From an uncultured Methanoregulaceae archaeon (GTDB lineage: Archaea; Halobacteriota; Methanomicrobia; Methanomicrobiales; Methanospirillaceae), in assembly GCA_963841015.1 (NCBI GenBank), contig CAWJAX010000002.1, forward strand, positions 1 to 64,000: a stretch of 64,000 bases of DNA, given 5' to 3'. The notes under the pieces are model-generated. The model ran no database searches. It was not told the DNA's origin and saw nothing but the letters and a program-made list of their open reading frames with translations. Shown one piece after another: positions 39,781-49,959 of the stretch (within the stretch, counting starts at the first letter, position 1; each line of letters starts with the position of its first letter). The translations under genes and the position numbers were made by a program.

Positions 39781-40030
39781 TGAGACAATGACGCTCGATC
39801 ATGTTCACTCGTCCTCGCTGATGCTCCGGCTCACTTCACATAACCTCGCTGTTTTATCGCGGTTGACCTGTTGGGATGATGACGCCCCTGGCTTATCGTA
39901 ATACTCGCTTCGAGCGGCTGCCCCAGCCCGCTCCTCACACCATGCTTCGCATCGTGTTCGTCGCTATTGATCGTACTCATGTATACGCTCAGTGACTTGT
40001 TCGCGTTCGACCTCTCGCTGATGCGTTCGG
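39781..40030 (-). repeat. Structured non-coding repeat, copy 2
   Basis: Direct repeat of 37341-37569 (offset 2440), with an extra CTCGCTGATGC sub-repeat at 40014-40024. Confidence 0.85.
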
Positions 40031-40114
40031 TAACCGATCCAGTCCCCGACCGGTGAAATAAAAAATTACCGCAAAAACGGGGGGCGATACGATGAAGATA
40101 ATAAGGAAATGTGC

Positions 40115-40267
40115 TTATTCTGATGTGTCGGGAGAGGCATCTTCAGGATCCCGTTGGGTTTCTGATTTCTCAGAATCAGGAATACCTCTCCGCCTTTTCT
40201 GCCTGTTCAATCGCAGCTGCGTTGCCCGCATTGTTCTTGTTGCTACAGTCGAAAAAATAATGCTCAT
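40115..40267 (-). CDS. Possible small protein (50 aa)
   Basis: MSIIFSTVATRTMRATQLRLNRQKRRRG...acidic tail; fills the gap downstream of the META gene. Confidence 0.3.
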   Translation of the reverse strand: MSIIFSTVATRTMRATQLRLNRQKRRRGIPDSEKSETQRDPEDASPDTSE

Positions 40268-40380
40268 AACTCGCGCTTCTCTGTACGTATATGGGATTGC
40301 ATCATACATTGTTTTTTAGGTTTACACAAACGAACACGAATCACAGAAAAATCAAAAAAAATAGTGGGGTTGTTACTTTT

Positions 40381-40896
40381 CTAGACCTTATCGTACGACA
40401 ACTCGGCTAAACCAGCGCCCCTGAGCAGCATCTTGTTATTGGTGATTGAGTAGGTCTTGGTTTGCTGGAGAATTGAAAGATAGCTGGATTCCAGATTAGC
40501 GGTATCAGCACAGTACATTGCAGTCGATGCAAGGGGCCCTATGGTAATAGTTTTTCCAAATTCCGTGGTATTCCCGGTAAGTTTGTAGCCGCCATTGTAA
40601 TTGTTGCATCCGCTAAAACCGCTCAGGGTCCCGTCATTGTTAAACTTCAGGGTGATCTGGACATTATTGGGAACAACGGGCATCGATCCCCCGACGGTTG
40701 CTCCCTTGAAATTCCAGTTACCGGTAAGTGCCGGGTCCGTTGCGGGCCCTGAAATGACAATTATGGTAGATGTGGGTACGGGTGTAGGTGCTGGTGTTGG
40801 CACAGGAGTCGGTACTGGTGCGGGTGTTGTTGTGCATCCTGCAACGAGAATGCCCACAAACAAAACTGCACAAACCAGAAGCAGTAAAGATTTCAT
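40381..40896 (-). CDS. META/HslJ domain lipoprotein
   Basis: Lipobox LVAGC, Pro/Thr linker, GFSGCNNYNGGY, GPLASTAMYC. Confidence 0.9.
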   Translation of the reverse strand: MKSLLLLVCAVLFVGILVAGCTTTPAPVPTPVPTPAPTPVPTSTIIVISGPATDPALTGNWNFKGATVGGSMPVVPNNVQITLKFNNDGTLSGFSGCNNYNGGYKLTGNTTEFGKTITIGPLASTAMYCADTANLESSYLSILQQTKTYSITNNKMLLRGAGLAELSYDKV

Positions 40897-41112
40897 AGCA
40901 CAGAATAACCTGATGCTCTATTAATACTTATGGCCATCCCACTATTCAACGCAGGGCATAGTCAACTGGCCCGGATGATATTCCCAATCTGTTTCCTCAG
41001 TATTGAACTAAAAAATGAAGATCTCGGATCGGGAATAATTTATAATCATAATCAAACGTCATAATCTATTCAAAAGAGGGTGTTTGTAAAAATGTCCGAA
41101 TCGATTCTGTCC

Positions 41113-41652
41113 ATGAAAACCACCTGCGTTTCGCTGCTCCTGGTTTTGTGTGTCGTGATAATGGGTTGCACAATGACCCCTGGGGGATCTGAGGGGACAA
41201 TTCCCGTTCCCTCTGTACCTTCAACGACTGCATCTCCGGTATCCGCCTTACCCTCCGGTCAATTTACCGAAAACATTCAGCTGTCAGGGAATGTCTATGG
41301 GTTGTCGTCCGATCCTTTGAGCGGAATTGATACATTCATGTTTACCATAGGTCTGCCGGCAAATGCACCAGTTCTTGACCTGACCGGGATGGAAATTGTC
41401 TACTCTGCCCCGGGGAGTACCCCGGTAACCCTCATACGGGGCACAAGAGAGTCAACCAGCATTTTCACCACTACATCAGGTGGCAATGCGGTCAATGAAA
41501 TACATGCCGATGATGAGGTCGATATCTCTTTTCGGGTAAAACCGGTTGTCGCTGGTACGAGCGTGAATATTGAAGTGAGACCCCGTGGCACTGCCGTACT
41601 GACCATTTCGAGGACAGTCCCCGCTGTTATTTCATCAATGAATATTCTTTAA
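41113..41652 (+). CDS. Lipoprotein with archaellin-like globular domain
   Basis: Lipobox IMGC; NIQLSGNVYG, IDT..FTIGL, LDLTGMEIVYS and IEVRP...VLTISRTVPA resemble Methanomicrobiales archaellin C-domains. Confidence 0.55.
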   Translation: MKTTCVSLLLVLCVVIMGCTMTPGGSEGTIPVPSVPSTTASPVSALPSGQFTENIQLSGNVYGLSSDPLSGIDTFMFTIGLPANAPVLDLTGMEIVYSAPGSTPVTLIRGTRESTSIFTTTSGGNAVNEIHADDEVDISFRVKPVVAGTSVNIEVRPRGTAVLTISRTVPAVISSMNIL

Positions 41653-41749
41653 TTTTCTGTGATGGGTGCGGGGCGTAGGCAGCGAAAAGATCACGTTTGC
41701 TGCCAATAAAGCAGCGGACAATATCACCCTCAAAAAAAACCCGGCCCCT

Positions 41750-42592
41750 TCATATCCGGCCTTTCGGCAACGGTTTCCTGATGTACGTCGGCGAAAACTG
41801 AACGGTTTTGAATTCCTTATCTTTGATGTATACTACTTTTGCAGGAGAATCCCCGATCATTTTCTCATCAATCTCAAAAAGGTCGGTTGCTTCCACAAGA
41901 GCCTTGAGTTTTTTATACCCGTAGTTCCGGGGATCAAAATCCGGAGACTGGTTGGCAATATTTCCCCCCACATCTGCCAGGTTTGCCCAGCCATCATTAT
42001 TGGAACACGCATCGACCGCAGATCGCAGCAGGTTTGATAATCCGGTATCACCCCTGAGTTGGTCGAGACCTTTACCCGGTTTTGATTCCTTCTGGACTTC
42101 AGGAGGCTGTTCATCGGTCAGCCGGGTCTTTCGCAGGATCTCGGTATAGACGAACTTGTCACATGCCTGGACAAAGGGCTTTGGTGTTTTCCTCTCGCCG
42201 AACCCGTATACCAACAGCCCGGATTCGCGGATCCGCTGTGCCAGTCGCGTAAAATCACTGTCGCTTGAAACAATACAAAAACCATCGAATTTATTGGTAT
42301 ACAACAGGTCCATTGCATCGATAATTAGAGCAGAATCGGTCGCGTTTTTCCCTTTCGTATAGTCAAATTGCTGAATGGGCTGGATTGAGTAGTTCAGGAG
42401 TACTTCTTTCCAGGGCTGGAGGTTGGGGGTTGTCCAGTTCCCGTATATCCGCTTCACGCTTGCGATCCCATAGAGGGCAATTTCAGCCAGCAGACCTTCG
42501 ATAATTTCGGGCTGGGCATTGTCAGCATCAATGAGAACCGCCAGTTTTTTTTGCGGTACTTCCTGAAGGAAGGGATCTTTATCAAAACTCAT
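41750..42592 (-). CDS. NYN (LabA/DUF88) + OST-HTH/LOTUS protein
   Basis: LAVLIDADN, RIYGNW, GKNATDSALIIDAMD, VSSDSDF; C-terminal GWANLADVG...PDFDPRNYG.KKL. Confidence 0.92.
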   Translation of the reverse strand: MSFDKDPFLQEVPQKKLAVLIDADNAQPEIIEGLLAEIALYGIASVKRIYGNWTTPNLQPWKEVLLNYSIQPIQQFDYTKGKNATDSALIIDAMDLLYTNKFDGFCIVSSDSDFTRLAQRIRESGLLVYGFGERKTPKPFVQACDKFVYTEILRKTRLTDEQPPEVQKESKPGKGLDQLRGDTGLSNLLRSAVDACSNNDGWANLADVGGNIANQSPDFDPRNYGYKKLKALVEATDLFEIDEKMIGDSPAKVVYIKDKEFKTVQFSPTYIRKPLPKGRI

Positions 42593-42792
42593 ATTCGTTT
42601 GATATTTCTCGATGAGATATTCAAAGTATTCATATCTCCACCGGAACTGAGGCCATGCGGGGATAGTAAAGGTTGTTTTCTGGTTTGCTGACCGAAGTGT
42701 CCCATAACGGTGTCCTTCACCCACCCATGGTTTTCTTCGTTGATGAAATCCAGGGACTCCTATTCAGCACGTCAAAAAAAAAAGTAACCCTG

Positions 42793-45363
42793 TCAGGTGA
42801 TCCCTTGTGCGAGACCGGGTTTAATAAGCCGGTAGACAACCCGCAACAGGAAACCGACGATGAGGATCGATGCCGTAGCCCAGATTATTGTTACCCACTG
42901 CTCAAAGGAAAGCGGTACGGTATTAAAGACCGATCCACCGATCTGGACGATGGTGATCTGAATGGCGACAATAGATGCCATGATAACGAAGAATGTCGGA
43001 TTGCCTTTGAAAAAAGGGGGCATCTTTCCGTCCAGTGCCCGGCAGTTGATACCGTTCCAGACTGCTGCGATGACGAATGCCGCAAAGAAAACCGTGTTGA
43101 TCTCTGCAGGAGTCGAACCGCCAAGAAACCCGGTTGCTATCTGGAGCATACCCGCGATAATGAGGAAGGATCCGGTGACAATGATAGACAGCCACATAAA
43201 CGGTGAGACTATGTCTGCGTTCTGCGGTACCGGTTTGTGTTTCATCAGCCCGCTGTGCGGGGCTTCAGAGCAGAGGGCGAAAGCGGCAAGCGTATCCATG
43301 ATGATATTGATCCAGAGAATCTGGACGATGGTAAACGGATCCGGGTAGCCTGAAAGCGGGGCAATGAAGATGAGGATGCAGGCGCAGAAATTAATCGTGA
43401 GCTGGAAGAGGACGAACCGCTGGATGTTCTCGTAGAGCGACCGGCCCCACCATACTGCACTGGTTATCGATGCAAACGAATCATCAAGAAGGATAATGTC
43501 ACTTGCTTCCCGGGCAACCTCGGTACCGGCAATCCCCATCGCAAGACCAACATCGGCATGTTTCAGTGCGGGAGCATCATTGGTCCCGTCGCCGGTTACC
43601 GCAACGACCGCACCGTCCTTCTGCAGTGCCTCAACGAGCAGAAGCTTGTCCATGGGTTCTGCACGGGCCATCACATCGAGATCCCGTGCTGCGGCGACCT
43701 GTTCAGTTTCTGAAAGCGACCGGAAATCGGCGCCGGTTATGACGGTACCTTCCTGGAGGATCCCCGACTCCCCGGCAATAGCCCGTGCCGTCTCGGGATT
43801 ATCCCCGGTGACCATCCTGACCCGGATGCCGGCCTCCTGGCAGGTGGCAACGGATTCTGCGATATTGTCCCTGAGGTGGTCACGGATGCCCACGAATCCG
43901 TCCCAGATAAGCCCGGTCTCGCTCTCGTCACCGGTAATGATTTCCCTGTGGGCAAAGGCGAGTGTCCGCATTGCCCGGGATGCAAGGGTGTTCACCCCGG
44001 ACAGATCCGGGTGCCGGGTGCAGAGCCCGGCAAGGATCTCCGGTGCACCCTTGACCAGGAGCCAGGACCGGTCACCCAGGTGAATGACCGTTGACATCCG
44101 CTTGCGACTGCCATCGAAGAGATACTGTCTGGTGATGTGGGTCTCAGCCCGGATCTGCATATAATCATAGGAATGCTCCTTCAGCCAGCGGAGGAGAGCG
44201 CCCTCGGTCGAGTTACCGATTACGATTATCTTTCCTTCCCGTTCTTCGAGATGTGCTGTACTGTTCACGGCTGCGTTGAGGGTCACCCACCCGGCCAGGG
44301 TGGAGGGCATTTCGAAGGTGTGCACGGGCCTGCCGACCGAGGATTCAACGACTTCCATCTGGTTTTTGGTCAGGGTGCCCGTCTTGTCGGTGCAGATGGT
44401 CGTGGCGGATCCTATGGTCTCGCACGCGATGAGCCGGCGGACAAGACAGTTGGCCCGGGTCATCTTGCGCATGGCAAGCGAGAGGGAGAGTGCAACGCTC
44501 ATCGGCAGCCCTTCAGGGACTGCAGCAACAACGACCACCACCGCAAGCATGAAGTAATGGAGGATGTTGTCGGCAGTCTCGATGTTGAACCCGGTCACCT
44601 CGCCAACGAACACGCCGCGGATCAACAGGGTGACGCAGATCAGGATCGCCATCGCGTACCCGAATTTGCTGATGATTCGTGCAAGGGCCTCGAGCTTCTG
44701 CTCCAGGGGTGTCTGCGTTGCATGGTCGATACCCAGCGAAGCGGCAATCACCCCCATCTGTGCAGAGTCACCGACAGCAGCGGCTATCATCTGTCCTTTC
44801 CCTGCCGTTATAAACGAACCTTTGAGCAGGCGGTCCTTTTCCGGTTTGTTCACCGGCTCGGTCTCACCGGTGAATGCGGATTCATCGGACGCCAGGTCAT
44901 CGGCAGACGTCACCCAGCCGTCAGCGGGTATTGCATCACCAGCCTCGAGCAGGATACGATCACCGACTACGATGTCACGGGTGGGAACAGATACAGGCCG
45001 ACCGTCCCGGATCACCTTGACTGCCACATCATCCCGGTGGGCATTCAGGACATCGAACTCCCTGCTGCTCCGGTACTCGTTAAAGAACGCAATGCCGGTC
45101 GCGAGGAACACCGCGATGATGATCCCCATTGTGTCGAGCAGTCCCTCACCGCTGATAAGGGAAACAGCCGTTGATACGACAACGGCAAAGAGCAGGATTT
45201 TGATAATGGGGTCATCGAACTTTGCCAGATACTGTCTCCAGAGCGGATCCCGTAAGGGGGGAGTCATCGCGTTGGCGCCATATTGTATACGGAAATCGGC
45301 TACCTGGGATTTTGAAAGCCCATTGTTCCCGGCAATATCTTTGATTTCGTCAAAGGTCAGCAT
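42793..45363 (-). CDS. Ca2+-translocating P-type ATPase (P2/PMCA-like)
   Basis: VPEGLP, ICTDKTGTLT, GNSTEGALL, VTGDGTNDAPAL, FQLTIN, QILWINIIMDT. Confidence 0.92.
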   Translation of the reverse strand: MLTFDEIKDIAGNNGLSKSQVADFRIQYGANAMTPPLRDPLWRQYLAKFDDPIIKILLFAVVVSTAVSLISGEGLLDTMGIIIAVFLATGIAFFNEYRSSREFDVLNAHRDDVAVKVIRDGRPVSVPTRDIVVGDRILLEAGDAIPADGWVTSADDLASDESAFTGETEPVNKPEKDRLLKGSFITAGKGQMIAAAVGDSAQMGVIAASLGIDHATQTPLEQKLEALARIISKFGYAMAILICVTLLIRGVFVGEVTGFNIETADNILHYFMLAVVVVVAAVPEGLPMSVALSLSLAMRKMTRANCLVRRLIACETIGSATTICTDKTGTLTKNQMEVVESSVGRPVHTFEMPSTLAGWVTLNAAVNSTAHLEEREGKIIVIGNSTEGALLRWLKEHSYDYMQIRAETHITRQYLFDGSRKRMSTVIHLGDRSWLLVKGAPEILAGLCTRHPDLSGVNTLASRAMRTLAFAHREIITGDESETGLIWDGFVGIRDHLRDNIAESVATCQEAGIRVRMVTGDNPETARAIAGESGILQEGTVITGADFRSLSETEQVAAARDLDVMARAEPMDKLLLVEALQKDGAVVAVTGDGTNDAPALKHADVGLAMGIAGTEVAREASDIILLDDSFASITSAVWWGRSLYENIQRFVLFQLTINFCACILIFIAPLSGYPDPFTIVQILWINIIMDTLAAFALCSEAPHSGLMKHKPVPQNADIVSPFMWLSIIVTGSFLIIAGMLQIATGFLGGSTPAEINTVFFAAFVIAAVWNGINCRALDGKMPPFFKGNPTFFVIMASIVAIQITIVQIGGSVFNTVPLSFEQWVTIIWATASILIVGFLLRVVYRLIKPGLAQGIT

Positions 45364-45523
45364 TATTCTGAATCCTGAATCACGGATAAGACACGTTCTG
45401 ATAGGGAATCTATACCATCGTTTGTCAAAATATAATACCTCACTTAGCAGCATGAAAGGGATTAAAGCCTGGTATTTTGCATATCAGGAAAACCTAATGC
45501 CAATCTCTGTAGAGTGATCCCCA

Positions 45524-46321
45524 CTAATCCTTTTTTTGCCGCACTGCCAACTCTTTTTCAAGATCCCAGAGGAGGAAGAGATCGATATCCGCATGGCTTC
45601 CTCGTCCGACTTCGAAGGGATTGTCCATATCTCTGATGAGAAGAAGGAGCGCGGTCAGCAGCATACAGAGGACGGTAAAGAGAACAAGTCCCTCATATAG
45701 CGGATCCAGCTTCACAAAGAAGAGCAGGATGATCACCCCGGCAGCAGCAAGCTCGGAAATTGCGTATGCAGCAGGAATAAATGATGTTTCTGCTATCGTC
45801 ATGACCCGGTGGGAGAGCCGGTCAATAATACCAAGCTCATTCTTCAGCTTCACGGTATACTGAGGCGGCACGTTCATATCGACAAGCCGGGAGATATCCT
45901 CCACAAACAAATCAATGGTATGATCCATTTCTTTTAAATTCCAGGTATTGTTCCGGAAGTTCGTGTTGATGGTCACAAGGAGATTGTAGACCTTTTCCTG
46001 CATTCGGGAGGTGATCTCCTTATCCGGAACACGGATCAGGGTGAGGTCACTGTATAATGTCCTGATTGAAGTCGCAATCTCCCCGGGAATTTTTTCGCTT
46101 TCCTTAAAATCCGTTAATACTCCGGCAAAAACAATCGCAATCGTAAAGATCGCACCGCTGATAAATGCTGTAATCAGGTTTGTTAACGAGAGCACATCGT
46201 AATTCAGGTAGTCAAATACCAGCCGTACTATAAGCAGGACACCGGTAATACCGGCTGCCTTGATAATCAGTCCCCATTTGTTCATGAAAGATTCTCTGAA
46301 AGTTGAAGATACCGTATTCAT
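45524..46321 (-). CDS. Bestrophin-like membrane protein, copy 2
   Basis: Paralog of 14357-15136 (identical IAETSFIPAAYAISELAAAGVIILLFFVKLDP and LLIRDMDNPFEVG); start overlaps the ATPase stop. Confidence 0.6.
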   Translation of the reverse strand: MNTVSSTFRESFMNKWGLIIKAAGITGVLLIVRLVFDYLNYDVLSLTNLITAFISGAIFTIAIVFAGVLTDFKESEKIPGEIATSIRTLYSDLTLIRVPDKEITSRMQEKVYNLLVTINTNFRNNTWNLKEMDHTIDLFVEDISRLVDMNVPPQYTVKLKNELGIIDRLSHRVMTIAETSFIPAAYAISELAAAGVIILLFFVKLDPLYEGLVLFTVLCMLLTALLLLIRDMDNPFEVGRGSHADIDLFLLWDLEKELAVRQKKD

Positions 46322-48894
46322 TAATCAGTTCCTCCGGAGAGTGGAGCGGGCGCCTCCTTACCCCGAACCAGTACTTTGTATCCTTCGAACCAGAGAACAC
46401 TCACTCCCCCGGCAAGAATACAGGCAATCAGATCAGCAGGGCTGATTGTCCCGAACTGGAACAGGTCCTGGAGTAAAGGTACATACAGCACGAGCAGGAG
46501 GCAGGTGATTGTCCCGGCAAAGACCCATGCAAGCGCCCGGTTCGGAGTACGCAGCGATGTGAGGATAGTATCGGACCATGAGCGGTTGGTCAGGATCAGG
46601 CAGAGGTTGGCAACAACAATTGTGGCGAACGTCACAGCCCGGACTTCAGATTCGCCCATACCTCGGGACAGGGCACTCCAGTATACTACCAGCACGACTG
46701 CCAGGACAACAAAGCCCTGCAGGAGGCAGAGCACAAGAGTACGTCGGGTGAAAATCCCTTCGTTTTTCTTGCGGGGCGGACGGTTCATGACGTTGCGTTC
46801 CTCCTTTTCGGATTCAAAGACAACCGAACAGGCGGGGTCAATAACCAGCTCGAGGAACACGATATGGACCGGCAGGAGGACGAGCGGCATGTTGAACAGG
46901 ACAGGTATGAGCGACATGCCGGCAATCGGGACATGAATGGAAAAAATATATGCCATTGCTTTTTTCAGGTTGTCGAAGATCCGCCTTCCCAGCCGGACTG
47001 CTGCAACAATAGAGATGAAATTGTCGTCGAGCAGAACAAGTGATGATGCTTCGCGGGCAACATCGGTCCCCCTCTCTCCCATGGCGATGCCGATATCAGC
47101 AGATTTCAGTGCCGGCGCATCGTTCACACCATCGCCGGTCATGGCAACAACTTCGCCAGTTGCCTTAAGGGCATTGACAATTCTGAGTTTCTGTTCGGGA
47201 ACAACGCGGGCAAATACGTTCACTGACTGGATCCGTTCCTGCAGTTCAGCTTCATCCATGGCATCCAGTTCAGGGCCGGTGATGTATCGGGCACTATCGG
47301 CTAGACCGATCTGCCGAGCGATATTCTGGGCAGTCAGCGGGTAGTCCCCCGTGATCATGATGACCCGGATACCAGCCGTGAAAGCCTCACTGACAGCATC
47401 AGCAACCTGCGGACGGACCGGGTCGGCAAATCCGACAAGACCGACAAATTCAAAGGGGAAATCGTGCTGCCCGTCCGGAAGACCGGAGAGTAAGAACGAC
47501 GCCCGTGCAACTCCCAGAACGCGGAGACCATCCGCCGCCATCGTGTTAATCCAGTTGGCCAGATCCTGCTGGGCATCTGCATCAAAATGACAGAGATCGG
47601 CAATTGCTTCCGGTGCTCCTTTTGCGGCAATAACATACCGGTCGCCATCGGGTGACCGCCAGACGTTGGACATGGCGAGGAGATCCGGGGAGAGCGGGTA
47701 TTCCTGAACAAGGTTCCAGTTCTCGTGGACATGTTCCGTTGTACCGAAATCGCCGTCTTTGAGCTGAAGCAGGGCCTTCTCCATCGGGTCAAAGGGATCT
47801 TTCTTGCAGGCAAGGATCGCATACTCCGCGACATCGTGGCAACTTTCGGTGACCTCACGGGAACCGGATGAGTCATAGTCACAGATCTCACCTTTTGCAT
47901 AGAATTTTGCAACCGACATCCGGTTCTGGGTGAGGGTACCGGTCTTATCGACACAAAGTACCGTCGCAGAACCCAGCGTTTCGATAGCCGGGACCTGACG
48001 GGTGAGGACATTTCTTTGGGAAATCCGCCATGCTCCGAGAGCGAGGAAGATTGTCAAAACGACCGGGAACTCCTCGGGGAGGATAGCCATCGCGAGCGTA
48101 ATACCGGCCAGAAATCCCTCCAGCCAGTTGAACCTGGTCAGGCCGTACACGATGACGATGATAGCGCACAGGGATATCCCGACCAGGGCGATGGTTTTCA
48201 CGATCCGGTCGATCTCCCGTTTCAGTCGCGTCTCTCCACGTTCGACCGTCTGGAGGACGGTGCCGATCTTCCCCATTTCTGTCCGGACACCGGTTGCCAG
48301 GACCTGTACCAAACCCTGACCTGAGACAACGAGTGTCCCGGAATACACTGATGGCTGATCATCGCCTCCTGGTCGCTCAGTCTGCATCCCCTCTTTCCAG
48401 GTGATTTTCCTGACCGGGACCGATTCCCCGGTAAGCAGGGATTCATCGACTGACACGTTGTTGGACATCAACAGGATACCATCAGCCGGAACTCGGTCGC
48501 CTTCAGAAAGGATTACCATATCGCCGGTGACAACGTCCCGCCCCGGAATGCGTTGTTGTACTCCTCCACGGATTACAAGTGCCCGAGGGCTGGACAGGTT
48601 CCGGAGCGCTTCCAACGCACGTTCTGTCTTCCGCTCCTGGTAAACAGTAATGCCGATAATGACAACGACAAAACTCATCAGCATCAGGCCCTCGGTGACG
48701 TCACCAAGAACAAAATAGATTAGACCTCCTGCCACAAGCAGAAGGAACATCGGTTCATGGATAACCTCAATGACGATTCGTAAAAAGCCCCGTCTTGATT
48801 CGGTGGGAAGTTCGTTGTACCCTTCCTGCTGGAGTTTCCTTTCCGCCTCACTGCCAGTCAGGCCTGAGACTGAACTTATATCAAGTATAGGCAT
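46321..48894 (-). CDS. Cation-translocating P-type ATPase (PEEF subtype), copy 2
   Basis: Close paralog of 11687-14239: ILPEEFP, DKTGTLT, GDGVNDAPAL. Confidence 0.95.
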   Translation of the reverse strand: MPILDISSVSGLTGSEAERKLQQEGYNELPTESRRGFLRIVIEVIHEPMFLLLVAGGLIYFVLGDVTEGLMLMSFVVVIIGITVYQERKTERALEALRNLSSPRALVIRGGVQQRIPGRDVVTGDMVILSEGDRVPADGILLMSNNVSVDESLLTGESVPVRKITWKEGMQTERPGGDDQPSVYSGTLVVSGQGLVQVLATGVRTEMGKIGTVLQTVERGETRLKREIDRIVKTIALVGISLCAIIVIVYGLTRFNWLEGFLAGITLAMAILPEEFPVVLTIFLALGAWRISQRNVLTRQVPAIETLGSATVLCVDKTGTLTQNRMSVAKFYAKGEICDYDSSGSREVTESCHDVAEYAILACKKDPFDPMEKALLQLKDGDFGTTEHVHENWNLVQEYPLSPDLLAMSNVWRSPDGDRYVIAAKGAPEAIADLCHFDADAQQDLANWINTMAADGLRVLGVARASFLLSGLPDGQHDFPFEFVGLVGFADPVRPQVADAVSEAFTAGIRVIMITGDYPLTAQNIARQIGLADSARYITGPELDAMDEAELQERIQSVNVFARVVPEQKLRIVNALKATGEVVAMTGDGVNDAPALKSADIGIAMGERGTDVAREASSLVLLDDNFISIVAAVRLGRRIFDNLKKAMAYIFSIHVPIAGMSLIPVLFNMPLVLLPVHIVFLELVIDPACSVVFESEKEERNVMNRPPRKKNEGIFTRRTLVLCLLQGFVVLAVVLVVYWSALSRGMGESEVRAVTFATIVVANLCLILTNRSWSDTILTSLRTPNRALAWVFAGTITCLLLVLYVPLLQDLFQFGTISPADLIACILAGGVSVLWFEGYKVLVRGKEAPAPLSGGTD

Positions 48895-49034
48895 TATTCC
48901 CTTCCAGGTACGATATCGTTGTCATGGTAACATCCCGGTGTTCCGGTGAATTCCGAGAATTATTAAATGAAAAGGCTTTTTGAAAGGATTGAAACGCGGT
49001 CCTATTACCGGGAACCCATCCAAAAAGATGGGGA

Positions 49035-49262
49035 TTAATCAAAAATCCCGCGAAGGAACCCACCAACACCGCGTTCATTATCATCGTTATCCTCGCGGCG
49101 CTGGTTCTTTTCCCGTGAATCAGGAGATGATCCGGATTTTTCAATGAGTTTATCGAGTTTGCCGTTAGTGAGCCAGATACCCCGGCACTTCGGGCAGTAG
49201 TCGATCTGTACGGTCAATCGCTCACTCATGAGCAGGTCAACATTGCATGCTGGACAATTCAT
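49035..49262 (-). CDS. zf-TFIIB zinc-ribbon small protein
   Basis: MNCPAC...IDYCPKCRGIWL..GKLDKLI and C-terminal GFLRGIFD. Confidence 0.88.
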   Translation of the reverse strand: MNCPACNVDLLMSERLTVQIDYCPKCRGIWLTNGKLDKLIEKSGSSPDSREKNQRREDNDDNERGVGGFLRGIFD

Positions 49263-49277
49263 ATTTAATCTTAAAAG

Positions 49278-49298
49278 TTACAATTGTGAAGATAAAGG
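49278..49298 (-). promoter_or_regulatory. TATA-like box plus operator TCACAATTGTAA (zf-TFIIB/ATPase operon)
   Basis: Minus strand reads CCTTTATCT-TCACAATTGTAA, 15 nt before ATG 49262. Confidence 0.65.
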
Positions 49299-49443
49299 GT
49301 TACCGATGGAAGAAAGCTTCTCTAAACTTATAAAACGGATTCAATAAAATCAAAGGAATATTAGAGGTTACACGAGGCAATAACCCCCCTTGTAACCACC
49401 CACATTTTGCCACATTATGCCATGTAAGAACCCTCAAAGACTA

Positions 49444-49914
49444 TCAGAATGCGAATACGAGGCTCATTTCCTCCCGCGAGAATATCGAATAAAAGATTAT
49501 AGAGAACGAAGTCAAGGAAATGGCAAGTTTATCGTAACTACGGTTGATACATTCTCGTAACTTTTGCATGAGACCGAGCTGATCACTTACTTCAATTTTC
49601 TTCTCGTTTTCAATAGAATCCAAAATTTCATTGAGGGATGTAGCCAGGGTATACATTTTCACGGGTCGTCCCTTATGGTCACCTTTACACTCACGACTAC
49701 TGATCCAACCCTGATCCATCAGGTACCCCATTGCTAAGCTTACTTCTGGCTGGCGCAAGCCGGTACCGCGTTCAATAGTATGTGAAGTTGCTTCTGGTGT
49801 TTTTGCAAGGAACACCAGTACCTTAGCAATATTTTTCTTAGTTCCAGTTTTGATCAAGAGATTTGCGAACTCTTCCTCTTCCGCGGTAAAATACATAACG
49901 TCTTCTTGTCTCAT
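49444..49914 (-). CDS. wHTH transcriptional regulator (methanogen TrmB/MarR-like family)
   Basis: AKVLVFL....EATS..IERGTGLRQPEVSLAM..L...GWI, KGRPVKMYTL. Confidence 0.85.
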   Translation of the reverse strand: MRQEDVMYFTAEEEEFANLLIKTGTKKNIAKVLVFLAKTPEATSHTIERGTGLRQPEVSLAMGYLMDQGWISSRECKGDHKGRPVKMYTLATSLNEILDSIENEKKIEVSDQLGLMQKLRECINRSYDKLAISLTSFSIIFYSIFSREEMSLVFAF

Positions 49915-49959
49915 CCGTAACTCCATAATTTTACCCATGTGTTTTGGAATTTCAAATAC

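Noticed and set aside
37341-40030. Repeats as a CRISPR array or integron attC sites
   Set aside because: Only two ~230-bp copies 2.4 kb apart, no short repeat-spacer periodicity, no clear RYYYAAC/GTTRRRY ends, enclosed genes in opposite orientations, and no cas or intI gene.
44137-45517. Long antisense ORFs (345 and 317 aa) opposite the Ca-ATPase, and similar ones opposite other genes
   Set aside because: Shadow ORFs expected from GC-rich codon usage; no recognisable motifs, and they fully overlap confident genes.
11687-48894. Inverted ATPase-bestrophin copies as ends of an invertible or composite mobile segment
   Set aside because: The copies are clearly diverged at synonymous sites and no recombinase or transposase is present; they look like older paralogs.
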